Shown here one piece after another: positions 1 through 8,926 of a DNA stretch of 41,432 bases (position 1 is the stretch's first letter; each line of letters starts with the position of its first letter). The stretch lies in UHGV virus genome UHGV-1461890, one strand, 5' to 3'. The translations under genes were made by a program, and so were the position numbers. The notes beneath the pieces were generated by a model. That model saw only the letters and a list, made by a program, of their open reading frames with translations, was not told the DNA's origin and made no database searches. The DNA is from a virus.

Positions 1-47
1 CTGGCGATGGCTCTGGCTCTGGCGATGGCTCTGGCTCTGGCGATGGC
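1..47 (+). repeat. 18-bp coding tandem repeat (GGCGATGGCTCTGGCTCT)n at window start, encoding GDGSGS units
   Basis: About 2.5 exact copies of an 18-bp unit sit in frame with the downstream ORF. The same unit family occurs at the window end (41376-41432), and the last 18 nt of the window equal nt 1-18. Confidence 0.8.
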
Positions 48-518
48 ATAAAAGCCATAAATGGCGATACTATCTATCAAATAGACGGCATTGCAACAAT
101 TATAAAACAGGTTAGAAATAACATAGCAAAAGGTTATATTTTCAACGATGATTTATCCTTAACACCTTGCTACATAGTAAAAGGACATAACAAATTTGCT
201 CACGGCGAAACAATCAAAAAGGCTATGGAAGATTTAGAGAATAAAATCTTTGAAGATATGGACACCGATGAAGCGATAGAAATGTTCTTGAAAGAGTTTT
301 CTGACCTTGATAAAAAATATCCAGCTAAAGCATTTTATGTTTGGCACAACCGATTAACAGGCTCCTGTGAAATGGGAAGAAACTTATTCGTAAGGAATGG
401 CGGTTATGACCTTGAAAACGATACCTTCACCGTCAGGGAGTTCATTGAAATAACCAAAAATTCCTTCGGTGCCGACGTCATTAGGCAGTTGGCAGAGAGG
501 ATAGGTGATACCGAATGA
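3..518 (+). CDS. C-terminal portion of a protein with a Gly-Ser-Asp-Tyr low-complexity linker; 5' end lies beyond the window start or across a circular junction
   Basis: The frame is open from nt 3 with no stop codon, through GDGSGS repeats into the 225..518 ORF listed in the track. The stop at 516-518 overlaps the next start (ATGA). Confidence 0.55.
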   Translation, partial: GDGSGSGDGSGSGDGIKAINGDTIYQIDGIATIIKQVRNNIAKGYIFNDDLSLTPCYIVKGHNKFAHGETIKKAMEDLENKIFEDMDTDEAIEMFLKEFSDLDKKYPAKAFYVWHNRLTGSCEMGRNLFVRNGGYDLENDTFTVREFIEITKNSFGADVIRQLAERIGDTE

Positions 519-805
519 ACGAGCAAATTGATATATTCGGTAACGAAATATCAGCAACCGAACTTGCAAAGCAATTTCAAGAAACAGAACAAAAACATCG
601 AAGAAGATATAAACCTATGCAAGAATTATACGGCTTAACGCAAGGTAAAACTTGCAAGACTTGTAAGCATTGTTTGAAAATTAACTACCATTGCAAAACC
701 TATTATAAATGCGACTTATGGTTTATTAGCAATAGTGAAGCAACGGATATAAGGCTTAAAAATAATGCTTGTGGAAAATACGAAAGTGAGAGTGATACCG
801 AATGA
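515..805 (+). CDS. small Cys-rich hypothetical protein with a zinc-finger-like C-x2-C...C-x2-C pattern
   Basis: 96-aa ORF with start/stop overlaps to both neighbours; contains a CKTCKHC...C..C cysteine cluster. Confidence 0.5.
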   Translation: MNEQIDIFGNEISATELAKQFQETEQKHRRRYKPMQELYGLTQGKTCKTCKHCLKINYHCKTYYKCDLWFISNSEATDIRLKNNACGKYESESDTE

Positions 806-1200
806 CCGATAGAGATAGGCTGATAGAGTTATTAGAAGATACATTACACGAATGGGAATGTGATGTACAAACTGAAACATTATCGCAAATTGCAGAACAC
901 CTTATTGCAAACGGGGTTATAGTACCGCCTTGTAAGGTGGGGGATACGGTGTATATCAAAAATAGACCGCTGATAATCTCGTTTTTACATATTGAAAATG
1001 AAGTGTATTATGTTGTTCAGTTTGATTGTGATGACTGTGGCGATTGTCCTTTTTATGAGGACGAAGTTTCTTTCGAGGGTGAACACGATTGTATAACTAA
1101 TGGATATATACAATTTACTGAAAAAGATATAGGCAAAACCGTATTCCTCACCAAAGAGGAAGCAGAAGAAAAGTTAAAGGAGTTGAAAAATAATGGCTGA
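802..1200 (+). CDS. hypothetical early protein (CDDCGDC cysteine cluster)
   Basis: 132-aa ORF whose start overlaps the upstream stop (ATGA); acidic, with a Cys cluster. Confidence 0.5.
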   Translation: MTDRDRLIELLEDTLHEWECDVQTETLSQIAEHLIANGVIVPPCKVGDTVYIKNRPLIISFLHIENEVYYVVQFDCDDCGDCPFYEDEVSFEGEHDCITNGYIQFTEKDIGKTVFLTKEEAEEKLKELKNNG

Positions 1201-1486
1201 ATACATAAAAAGAATGTCTGCAATGACAATTTGCGAAAGGTATAGCCAACATTGTTTTGAAACAAACGATAACAGAGGACAAGATATTGCCGACAGAATT
1301 TTTGATGAAATTACGGAAATTCCTACCGCAGATGTGGTTGAGGTTGTAAGGTGTAAGGATTGCAGGCATTGGGGCGATATTGCATACGGATTTATTTGTC
1401 GCAAATTTAGTGGAATTGATACAAAGATATGTATGGGTACAGACCAATTTTGCAGTTATGGTGAGTTAAAGGAGCGTGAGGGGTAA
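1193..1486 (+). CDS. hypothetical early protein (CKDCRHW...C cysteine motif)
   Basis: 97-aa ORF overlapping its neighbours, with RBS AAGGAG upstream. Confidence 0.5.
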   Translation: MAEYIKRMSAMTICERYSQHCFETNDNRGQDIADRIFDEITEIPTADVVEVVRCKDCRHWGDIAYGFICRKFSGIDTKICMGTDQFCSYGELKEREG

Positions 1487-1683
1487 TGAATTGTAAGCAT
1501 TGTGGTAGTGATGTAGGATTTTATACCAAAATAAAAGGTATTCAATATTATAACGAAAATGCGGAACCGCAAGGGTGCGATGTATCAACGGAAAATTATT
1601 CTGTATATTGTCAAGAGTGCAACAAAAGAGTTTGTAATATTACAGAGTTTTTCAAAAAAGGAAGTGAGCAAAATGCCCAATAA
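1486..1683 (+). CDS. small zinc-ribbon-like protein
   Basis: 65-aa ORF with two C-x2-C pairs (CKHCGS ... CQECNKRVC). Confidence 0.45.
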   Translation: MNCKHCGSDVGFYTKIKGIQYYNENAEPQGCDVSTENYSVYCQECNKRVCNITEFFKKGSEQNAQ

Positions 1684-2137
1684 ACTAACCGATAGCGAGA
1701 TTGTAAAGGCTATGGAGATATTTGTTAATAGCGTAGGTAAAGGTTTTGTTTTTGCTAATGTTGATATAAAAAAAGACGAAATAAACGAGTTTAAACATAT
1801 CGACTTGTCTTATGATGAAATTTTTGACCTAATCAACCGCCTACAAGCAAAGAACTCAAATTTGACTTCTGATTTAACTTCTTTACAAAACGATTTAACT
1901 TCTTTGCAAAATGATTTGACTTCTTTAAAGGCAGAGAATGAGAGGTTGAAAAAGTCAAATGAAATGTTTACCGATATCGGCAAAATGTATAGTGAAATCA
2001 AAGCCGAAGCATACAAAGATATATTAAACTTCTTGGAATGCAGGTTTGTTTGTAAAGGAAAATTAACTGCTTTTGGATATGAGTCAGCAATAATAGATAT
2101 TAAAAATCACTTAAAAGAATTGGTGGGTGAGGAGTAA
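1673..2137 (+). CDS. hypothetical coiled-coil protein with three DLTSLQN heptad repeats
   Basis: ATG at 1673 preceded by AAAAGGAAGTGAG. The track's longer 1559 start overlaps the upstream gene. The ORF contains a 21-bp tandem repeat. Confidence 0.5.
   Translation: MPNKLTDSEIVKAMEIFVNSVGKGFVFANVDIKKDEINEFKHIDLSYDEIFDLINRLQAKNSNLTSDLTSLQNDLTSLQNDLTSLKAENERLKKSNEMFTDIGKMYSEIKAEAYKDILNFLECRFVCKGKLTAFGYESAIIDIKNHLKELVGEE
1862..1930 (+). repeat. 21-bp tandem repeat x3 (GATTTAACTTCTTTRCAAAAY) inside the 1673..2137 CDS
   Basis: Three near-identical 21-bp units encode LTSLQND heptads. Confidence 0.8.
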
Positions 2138-2343
2138 TGCAATATTATGTGATAAAGGACAAAAACACAGGCTTATATTTTCGTGGTAAAGGTGTAAATC
2201 GTTGGGGGAAACATCTTAATCAAGCAAGTATATATCGTGTGAAAGGAATGGCAGAGCATACCCTTAAAGAACTATCTTGGCGAGGGGAACAAGGGGTTAT
2301 AGTGCATATAAAAGTCATAGAATTGGTGGGTGAGGATAAATGA
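2137..2343 (+). CDS. hypothetical protein
   Basis: 68-aa ORF with start overlapping the upstream stop (TAATG) and RBS GGTGGGTGAGGAG. Confidence 0.4.
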   Translation: MQYYVIKDKNTGLYFRGKGVNRWGKHLNQASIYRVKGMAEHTLKELSWRGEQGVIVHIKVIELVGEDK

Positions 2344-2660
2344 AAGCACACTACGCTAAAATTAACAAAACCGAGCCAAACGCAGCACAACGCAAAGTCT
2401 TACGGAATGAGGTGGTAAAAGAGTTTGATACCTTGCTTGAAAATTTTAACCACGATGTAATGGTGCAGATGTTATATTTGTTTCATTTTAAATATGGCTA
2501 CGGTCAAAAGAGATTGAAGCAGTTAAACAAGGATATTGCAGAAGCTCTTGACGGACTTAACGCAAGGTATGAATTATCAGTAAACGATACCGCTTGGTTA
2601 TGTGAGAAGAAACTCAAAGAAGATGGTATTGATGTAGACGAACTTTTTAAGGAGGTTTAA
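2340..2660 (+). CDS. hypothetical protein
   Basis: 106-aa ORF with ATGA overlap and RBS GGTGGGTGAGGA. Confidence 0.45.
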   Translation: MKAHYAKINKTEPNAAQRKVLRNEVVKEFDTLLENFNHDVMVQMLYLFHFKYGYGQKRLKQLNKDIAEALDGLNARYELSVNDTAWLCEKKLKEDGIDVDELFKEV

Positions 2661-2662
2661 AA

Positions 2663-2899
2663 ATGGCAAAGCACAATACTTCAGCTTATATCGAATGTCC
2701 TTTTCATCATTGGTACGATGGTTGCAAATTGTGCTGTGAAGGAGTAAAAAAAGACTCTGCCATACATTTAGCTTTTTCCTCTCCTGATGAAAGGCGGCAA
2801 TATATGAAAGATGTTTGTTATAAAAACTATAGGCGATGTATTATTGCTCAGGCTTTATATAATAAACATAATAATATAAATATAAATAATAAAGGGTAA
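2663..2899 (+). CDS. small Cys-rich hypothetical protein (CPFHHWYDGCKLCCEG)
   Basis: 78-aa ORF with RBS AAGGAGG 7 nt upstream. Confidence 0.45.
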   Translation: MAKHNTSAYIECPFHHWYDGCKLCCEGVKKDSAIHLAFSSPDERRQYMKDVCYKNYRRCIIAQALYNKHNNININNKG

Positions 2900-2905
2900 T
2901 ATGCT

Positions 2906-3289
2906 ATGTATTATTATAATAATAAAAATAAATATAATAACAGTAAGGTAACCTTTAACGGTGAGGCCTATGATAGTCGCAAAGAGGCCAAAAGACATCA
3001 GGAACTTTTATTGCTGCAAAGAGCAGGAGAAATTAAAGACCTTCAAAGACAGGTTAAGTTTGAACTTATTCCTACCCAGCGAGAGCCTGATACCATCGGT
3101 AAGCGAGGCGGTGTACATAAGGGTAAAGTGATAGAAAATAATGTTAATTATATTGCTGACTTTGTGTATACCGATTGTCGCTCAGGTGAAAAAGTGGTTG
3201 AGGATAGCAAAGGTATGAAAACTGAAAAATATATAATAAAGCGCAAACTTATGCTTTATATTCATGGCATCAGAATATTAGAAACATAG
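2906..3289 (+). CDS. DUF1064-like phage protein
   Basis: 127 aa. The pattern F.G..YDS..EA.R...L..L.....I..L..Q..F.L...........Y.ADF.Y......VVED.KG..T..Y..K.KL resembles the DUF1064 family common upstream of terminase genes. Recalled from memory, not searched. Confidence 0.45.
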   Translation: MYYYNNKNKYNNSKVTFNGEAYDSRKEAKRHQELLLLQRAGEIKDLQRQVKFELIPTQREPDTIGKRGGVHKGKVIENNVNYIADFVYTDCRSGEKVVEDSKGMKTEKYIIKRKLMLYIHGIRILET

Positions 3290-3293
3290 AGAT

Positions 3294-3320
3294 AGGAGGC
3301 TGAAAAGCCTTCTATTTTTT
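3294..3320 (+). terminator. rho-independent terminator-like hairpin after the early gene cluster
   Basis: AGGAGGCT-GAAA-AGCCTTCT stem-loop followed by ATTTTTTAT. Confidence 0.5.
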
Positions 3321-3397
3321 ATGCAGGTAGGGGGGGTTTAGGATTTCATAACCTGTGTATTAAAATATGCGTATAGCAAAGAAGGAAGGAGTTTTCT

Positions 3398-4021
3398 GTG
3401 GATTGGGATTGGAAAAAAGTAAAGTCAGAATATATCACATCAGAAAAGTCAAGCTACAGAAAGCTTGCAGAAAAATATGATATACCACTTGGCACTCTTC
3501 AAAAGAGAGCTAAAAAAGAAAATTGGCCCGACCTCAAAAAACAAAGTGGTGACAGAACGGTTGCAAAAACCATAACAGTCATTGAGAAAAAACAAGTCGA
3601 TAAATTCAAGAGAATTCAAGATATTGCCGACAAGTTGCTCGATAAAATTGAAAAGGCTGTTGATGAGCTTGATATTCATCTTGCAAAGAAAACAATAAAG
3701 ACAAAAGAGATTGAGTATCACAATTATGAAAGACCTGACAAGCCAACGAAGGAAACCATAAACGAAACCGAGGAAATAATTGACTATCACTCTATTATAG
3801 ACCGAAAAGGTGTACAGGAACTTGCTGCCGCAATTAAGAATCTCAAAGAGGTTCAAATGCTTAAATCAGAACTTGATGAAAAAGAGCAAGAGGCACGAAT
3901 TGCTAAGCTCCAAAGGGATGCTGAGATTAACAATAACGATGACAATAAACCTCATGGAGTGGTACTTATGCCTCCTATAATGGACGACTTAACGCCACCG
4001 AAGGAGGAGACAGATGAATAA
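3398..4021 (+). CDS. terS: terminase small subunit
   Basis: GTG start with RBS GAAGGAAGGAG. The N-terminal HTH-like SYRKLAEKYDIPLGTLQKRAKKENW is typical of small terminase subunits. It sits immediately upstream of, and overlaps, the large terminase gene. Confidence 0.7.
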   Translation: MDWDWKKVKSEYITSEKSSYRKLAEKYDIPLGTLQKRAKKENWPDLKKQSGDRTVAKTITVIEKKQVDKFKRIQDIADKLLDKIEKAVDELDIHLAKKTIKTKEIEYHNYERPDKPTKETINETEEIIDYHSIIDRKGVQELAAAIKNLKEVQMLKSELDEKEQEARIAKLQRDAEINNNDDNKPHGVVLMPPIMDDLTPPKEETDE

Positions 4022-5480
4022 CGTTATTTGGTCACCTCAGCCAAGGCAGTTAGAGTTTATGATGCGCCCTGAAAACGAAGCCTTATATGGTGGAGCTGCC
4101 GGTGGTGGTAAATCTGATGCTTTGGTGATTGAAGCCACAAGGCAAGTACACATACCTCATTACAAGGCATTGATACTTCGTAAGACATATCCTCAGTTGA
4201 CCGAACTGATTGAAAAGTCATTAAGATATTATCCATTGGCATTTCCAAAAGCACGATACAATGCATCTGAACACACATGGTACTTCCCAAGTGGCGCAAA
4301 GATAGTATTTGGCTCAATGCAGCATAGCAAGGATAAATTAAACTATCAAGGAAAAGCGTATGATTTCGTCGCATTTGACGAATTAACGCATTTTACCTAT
4401 GAGGAATATATATATCTTTCTTCTCGTAACAGAGCAAATGGGCCGGGGACAAGGGTGTATATGAGAGCAACCGCTAACCCCGGTGGTATCGGACATGGTT
4501 GGGTTAAGGAAAGATTTATAACTGCTGCCGAGCCTATGACTACCATTTGGGAATCAGTTAAGGTTGAACACGAAGGCAAAGTTGAAGAGAGACACCGTTC
4601 GAGAATATTTGTTCCCTCTTCTGTGTTTGATAACAAGATACTTCTTGAGAATGACCCTGATTATCTAACAAGACTTGCATCTATGCCCGAAGCTGAAAGA
4701 AAAGCCTTACTCTATGGTGATTGGGATAGTTACTCAGGACAGTATTTTGCCGAATGGAGAGATAAACCCGAACATTATGACGATAGACAATGGACTCATG
4801 TTATCAATCCATTTAAGATACCTGACCATTGGAAGATATATCGCTCATTTGACTGGGGTTATAACAAACCATTCTCATGTGGTTGGTGGGCCATAGATAC
4901 AGATGGTGTTGCCTACCGTATCCTTGAGTTATATGGATGTACTCAGACCGCTAACGAAGGTCTTAAATGGACAGCAAAGCAGGTATTTGAAGAGATACAT
5001 CGTATAGAGACCGAACACGAATGGCTTAAAGGCAAACGCATTAACGGAGTAGCCGACCCTGCTATATTCTCTGCCGATGGTGGTGAATCAATAGCAGAAT
5101 CAGCTCAAAAGTGCAGAGTTTACTTTACACCGGGTGACCATCAGCGAATACCGGGATGGATGCAGATGCATTATAGGTTAGCATTTGATGAGAATGGATA
5201 CCCGATGATGTATATATTCAAAAACTGCAAAGCATTTATAAGAACGGTACCTACATTGATATACGATGACCACAAGGTAGAGGACCTCAATACAGAGGGT
5301 GAGGACCATATTGCTGACGAAACAAGGTACTTCTGTATGAGTAGACCAATTAAACCGAGGAATGCAAACAAGCCTGATGATTATACAGGCAAGAATCCTC
5401 TCAACATATTCCTTGATATACCTAAAGAGGATATTAAAACAGTTTCTCGTAGACCAACAATAATAATTAACGGAGGATAG
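4014..5480 (+). CDS. terL: terminase large subunit
   Basis: 488 aa with Walker A LYGGAAGGGKSDA near the N-terminus and a C-terminal nuclease-like region with acidic residues. Position between TerS and portal fits the call. Confidence 0.9.
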   Translation: MNNVIWSPQPRQLEFMMRPENEALYGGAAGGGKSDALVIEATRQVHIPHYKALILRKTYPQLTELIEKSLRYYPLAFPKARYNASEHTWYFPSGAKIVFGSMQHSKDKLNYQGKAYDFVAFDELTHFTYEEYIYLSSRNRANGPGTRVYMRATANPGGIGHGWVKERFITAAEPMTTIWESVKVEHEGKVEERHRSRIFVPSSVFDNKILLENDPDYLTRLASMPEAERKALLYGDWDSYSGQYFAEWRDKPEHYDDRQWTHVINPFKIPDHWKIYRSFDWGYNKPFSCGWWAIDTDGVAYRILELYGCTQTANEGLKWTAKQVFEEIHRIETEHEWLKGKRINGVADPAIFSADGGESIAESAQKCRVYFTPGDHQRIPGWMQMHYRLAFDENGYPMMYIFKNCKAFIRTVPTLIYDDHKVEDLNTEGEDHIADETRYFCMSRPIKPRNANKPDDYTGKNPLNIFLDIPKEDIKTVSRRPTIIINGG

Positions 5481-5481
5481 T

Positions 5482-7485
5482 ATGGCTTTATTTAATCGTA
5501 AAAATAAAGGCGAAGAGGCACAGAAGCAGCCTACCAATGAAGAGCAAATGCTCCTGAGACAGTCTGCACCTCAGCCTACTGCCGAAGAAGAGGCTATGAG
5601 GCTAAGGCAAGGCAAGGCTCCTGATGGGAGTATAGATGGCCTTAAAGCACTTGCTCAGGTGATTGGTAGGGAACAGGTACAAAAGGCATATCAGACTCTT
5701 CTCAAGTACAAGGAAGGCAAAGCCAACCTAGAAAAGAGAATAGTTGAGAATGAACAATGGTACAAGCTCAGGCATTGGGAGTGTATGAGAAAGCAAGAGA
5801 GTGAGGTACAGCCTGTATCAGCTTGGTTATTTAACAGTATAGCCAACAAACACGCTGATGCTATGGATAACTTCCCATCACCTAATGTGCTTCCTCGTGA
5901 AGAAGGAGACAAGGCTGAAGCTGAAATGCTTACCTCTATCCTTCCTGTAGTTCTCGACCAGAACGAGTTTGAGCAGACCTATAGTGATGTATGGGATTAC
6001 AAGCTCAAGACAGGTACAGGCGTATATGGTGTCTTTTGGGATAGTTCTAAGCTTAATGGTCTTGGTGATATAGCAATCAAGAAGATTGACCTTATAAATC
6101 TATTCTGGGAGTCAGGCATTACTGATATCCAAAGGTCACGAAACATATTCCATGTAGAACTTGCAGACAATGACATTCTTGTTCAGACATATCCCCAACT
6201 TGCAGGTAAACTTGGAACATCAACCTTAGACCTTAGCAAGTATGTATATGACGATACCGTTGATACCACCGACAAATCGGCTGTTATAGATTGGTACTAC
6301 AAAAAGAATCAGAATGGTAAAAATGTTCTTCATTATTGCAAGTTCGTAAACGATGAGGTACTATTCGCTACCGAAAACGAGCCAAACTTCACCGAAAGAG
6401 GCTGGTATGACCATGGCGAGTATCCGTTTGTATTTGACGTGTTGTTCTCGGTTGCAGGTACTCCTGCCGGATTTGGTTATATAGACGTTGGCAAGGATGC
6501 TCAAGCATACATAGACCGAGGTAGTCAGGCAATTATGAAAAATATGTTAGCCAATGCAGCACCTCGTCACTTTGTCCGTCAGGATGGTGGTGTAAATGAG
6601 GACGAATACACCGACCTCAGCAAAGATTTAGTTCATGTAGATGGCAACCTTGGTCAAGACAGCATTATGGCTATTCAGGGTAAGCCTCTCAGCAATATCT
6701 ATTTGCAGATATTGCATGACAAGATAGATGAACTGAAGGAAACCACAGGAAACCGAGATGTATCTAACGGTGGTACAACATCAGGTGCTACTGCCGCTTC
6801 TGCCATAGCAGCTATGCAAGAGGCAGGCTCTAAGTTATCTAGAGATGCTAATAAATCTGCATATCGTTCATTCAGGAAGCTTTGCCTATTGTCTATTGAG
6901 CTTATCAGACAGTTCTATGACCTACCAAGATGCTTCAGAATCATGGGTGAGAATGGCACAGCAAGATATGTTCAGTATAGCAATGCAGGGATAGCTCCTC
7001 AATCTCAGGGCACAGAGTTTGGTACTGATATGGGATTCAGGATTCCCCTGTTTGATATAGAGGTTACTGCTCAAAAGCAATCACCTTACTCAAAGATGTC
7101 GCAAAATGAACTTGCTTTGCAGTTCTTCGGAGCAGGCTTTTTTAATCCTCAGATAGCAGACCAAGCACTCGCCTGTCTTGACATGATGGACTTTGACAGA
7201 AAAGAGTTCATTATGCAAAAGATTGCTCAAAATGGCGGTATGTATCAGCAGATGATGGCTATGCAGCAACAGATGATAATGTTAGCAAAAATGGTAGACC
7301 AAGCAAGAGGAAGCAATATAGCCGAACAGTTAATGGCTCAATTCTCAGGACAGGCACCTGTACAAGCTATTGATGGTAATGCTCCTAATGTATCGGATAA
7401 AGAGGCATTGGGTGGTGATGGTGGAGAAGCCTCCACAACCAAGAAGGCAAGACAGCGAGTGGTTGAGTCTACTGACCCGACATAG
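5482..7485 (+). CDS. portal protein
   Basis: 667-aa ORF directly after terL with RBS GGAGGA. Call rests on size, position and a Gln/Met-rich C-terminal tail; similarity is not verified. Confidence 0.7.
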   Translation: MALFNRKNKGEEAQKQPTNEEQMLLRQSAPQPTAEEEAMRLRQGKAPDGSIDGLKALAQVIGREQVQKAYQTLLKYKEGKANLEKRIVENEQWYKLRHWECMRKQESEVQPVSAWLFNSIANKHADAMDNFPSPNVLPREEGDKAEAEMLTSILPVVLDQNEFEQTYSDVWDYKLKTGTGVYGVFWDSSKLNGLGDIAIKKIDLINLFWESGITDIQRSRNIFHVELADNDILVQTYPQLAGKLGTSTLDLSKYVYDDTVDTTDKSAVIDWYYKKNQNGKNVLHYCKFVNDEVLFATENEPNFTERGWYDHGEYPFVFDVLFSVAGTPAGFGYIDVGKDAQAYIDRGSQAIMKNMLANAAPRHFVRQDGGVNEDEYTDLSKDLVHVDGNLGQDSIMAIQGKPLSNIYLQILHDKIDELKETTGNRDVSNGGTTSGATAASAIAAMQEAGSKLSRDANKSAYRSFRKLCLLSIELIRQFYDLPRCFRIMGENGTARYVQYSNAGIAPQSQGTEFGTDMGFRIPLFDIEVTAQKQSPYSKMSQNELALQFFGAGFFNPQIADQALACLDMMDFDRKEFIMQKIAQNGGMYQQMMAMQQQMIMLAKMVDQARGSNIAEQLMAQFSGQAPVQAIDGNAPNVSDKEALGGDGGEASTTKKARQRVVESTDPT

Positions 7486-7497
7486 TGAGGTGACTAT

Positions 7498-7842
7498 ATG
7501 ATAAAAGTACAGTTTGAACATCGAAAGGATATAAACACTATCGTTATGAAGGTAGAAGGCCATGCAGGACAAGCCACAAAAGGCAATGATGTTATATGCT
7601 CTGCTGCATCTATCCTCGTATATACGGTAGCACAGTACCTCAACTTTATTTATAAACGAGGAGGCCTTCAGAAGAAGCCTCGTATCCTGCTAAATGACGG
7701 AGATGCGCTGATAGTAGCCAAGCCTAAGAGTGAATTTGAGGGCGAAGTGCTAAACACGTTTTTCGTTGCTGAGGTGGGATACTCGCTACTCGCACACAAT
7801 TACCCACAGTATGTGAAACTTAAAATGTTTGGTGAGGCTTAA
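7498..7842 (+). CDS. prp: Prp-family cysteine protease (ribosomal-processing protease homologue, DUF464)
   Basis: 114 aa with GHAGQATKGNDVICSAAS, placing His22 and Cys34 at the positions of the catalytic dyad of Staphylococcus aureus Prp. Located between portal and scaffold genes. Confidence 0.75.
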   Translation: MIKVQFEHRKDINTIVMKVEGHAGQATKGNDVICSAASILVYTVAQYLNFIYKRGGLQKKPRILLNDGDALIVAKPKSEFEGEVLNTFFVAEVGYSLLAHNYPQYVKLKMFGEA

Positions 7843-7897
7843 AGCCTTAAATATATACCAAAAGTCTCGCTCACTTACGAGCAGAAAGGAAAAATAT

Positions 7898-8863
7898 ATG
7901 ATTCATTTTATCAAACCTATGCACCTAAATCTTCAGCTTTTCGGTGAAGGCACCGGAACAGGTGGAGATGGTGGCACAGGTGCAGAAGGAAGTCAGGGCG
8001 TAACCGAGGTAGCCGCCATACCTCAAATCAAAAGCCGAAAAAGTAATCCTCTTGCTGATACCAAGTATGGTATCCAAGACGATGCAGCACAAGTCGCTGA
8101 TGTGCAAACCAAAGTAACCGATGCAGATGGTGTTACAACTGAAACTGTTGACCGTAATGCTGAATTTGAAAAGCTCATCAAGGGTGAATACAAGGACCTT
8201 TACGATGCCAAAGTTCAGGACACCATTCAAAAAAGGCTTAAAAGCTCAAAGGAAACCGTTGAGAAGTATAACGCTCTCTCCCCTACTCTCGAAATGCTGA
8301 GTAAAAAGTACGGTGTAGATGCTTCTGATATTGATGCCTTAAACAAGGCTATTCAAGAAGACGACTCTTATTATGAGGAAGAGGCCATGGAAAAGGGCAT
8401 CTCCGTACAGCAGTTAAAAGAGATTCGCAGAATGGAAAGAGAAAATGCTGACCTGAAGAGACAAATGCAGGAGCAATCCGTAAAGGAAAATGCTTCAAAA
8501 CTCTACGCTTCGTGGATGAATCAGGCAGAACAGCTTAAAGCGGTTTATCCATCTTTTGACCTTGAAACTGAGATGAGAAATCCAAAATTTGTAGACTTAC
8601 TCCGAGTGCCGAGTATTGATGTAAGAACTGCTTATGAGGTCTTACATAAGGATGAAATAATCCCGGCAGCCATGCAGTTTACTGCTCAGACAGTCGAGCG
8701 TAAACTTGCTAATAAGATAATGGCAAATGGAGCAAGGCCCTCAGAGAATGGTATGAACTCTCAGAGTGCAGCGGTAGTTAAGAGCGATGTGTCACAGCTC
8801 TCCAAAGCCGACCGTCAGGAAATTGCAAGACGTGTCGCACGAGGAGAAAAGATACGATTCTAA
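7898..8863 (+). CDS. scaffolding protein with L27-like N-terminal leader (MIHFIKPMHLNLQLF|GEG)
   Basis: ATG at 7898 with RBS AAAGGA. The N-terminus carries the NLQLF motif resembling the Prp cleavage site. The rest is acidic and coiled-coil-rich and sits upstream of the capsid gene. Confidence 0.65.
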   Translation: MIHFIKPMHLNLQLFGEGTGTGGDGGTGAEGSQGVTEVAAIPQIKSRKSNPLADTKYGIQDDAAQVADVQTKVTDADGVTTETVDRNAEFEKLIKGEYKDLYDAKVQDTIQKRLKSSKETVEKYNALSPTLEMLSKKYGVDASDIDALNKAIQEDDSYYEEEAMEKGISVQQLKEIRRMERENADLKRQMQEQSVKENASKLYASWMNQAEQLKAVYPSFDLETEMRNPKFVDLLRVPSIDVRTAYEVLHKDEIIPAAMQFTAQTVERKLANKIMANGARPSENGMNSQSAAVVKSDVSQLSKADRQEIARRVARGEKIRF

Positions 8864-8926
8864 CTACATCTATCTAATCTCCTTGTAAATACACACAAAT
8901 TACAAAATACAAAGGAGATTAAAACC

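Noticed and set aside
1-47. Short regular repeats at both window ends, considered as a CRISPR array or terminal inverted repeats of a transposon
   Set aside because: They are 18-bp direct tandem units with no spacers. They lie in an open reading frame encoding GSGSG(D/Y). The orientation is direct, not inverted.
1559-1672. Longer N-terminal extension (start at 1559) of the coiled-coil gene given in the ORF track
   Set aside because: It would overlap the upstream zinc-ribbon gene by >100 nt in another frame. An internal ATG at 1673 has a proper RBS and gives the usual 4-11-nt coupling overlap.
3449-3856. 135-aa minus-strand ORF inside terS
   Set aside because: It lies antisense within the small terminase gene with no translation signals. 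Spurious.
7829-7897. Scaffold gene start at 7829 (track) giving an MVRLKALNIY... extension
   Set aside because: The ATG at 7898 has an RBS and places the NLQLF Prp-type motif at the expected distance (~14 aa) from the N-terminus, as in the capsid protein. The extension would overlap the Prp gene.
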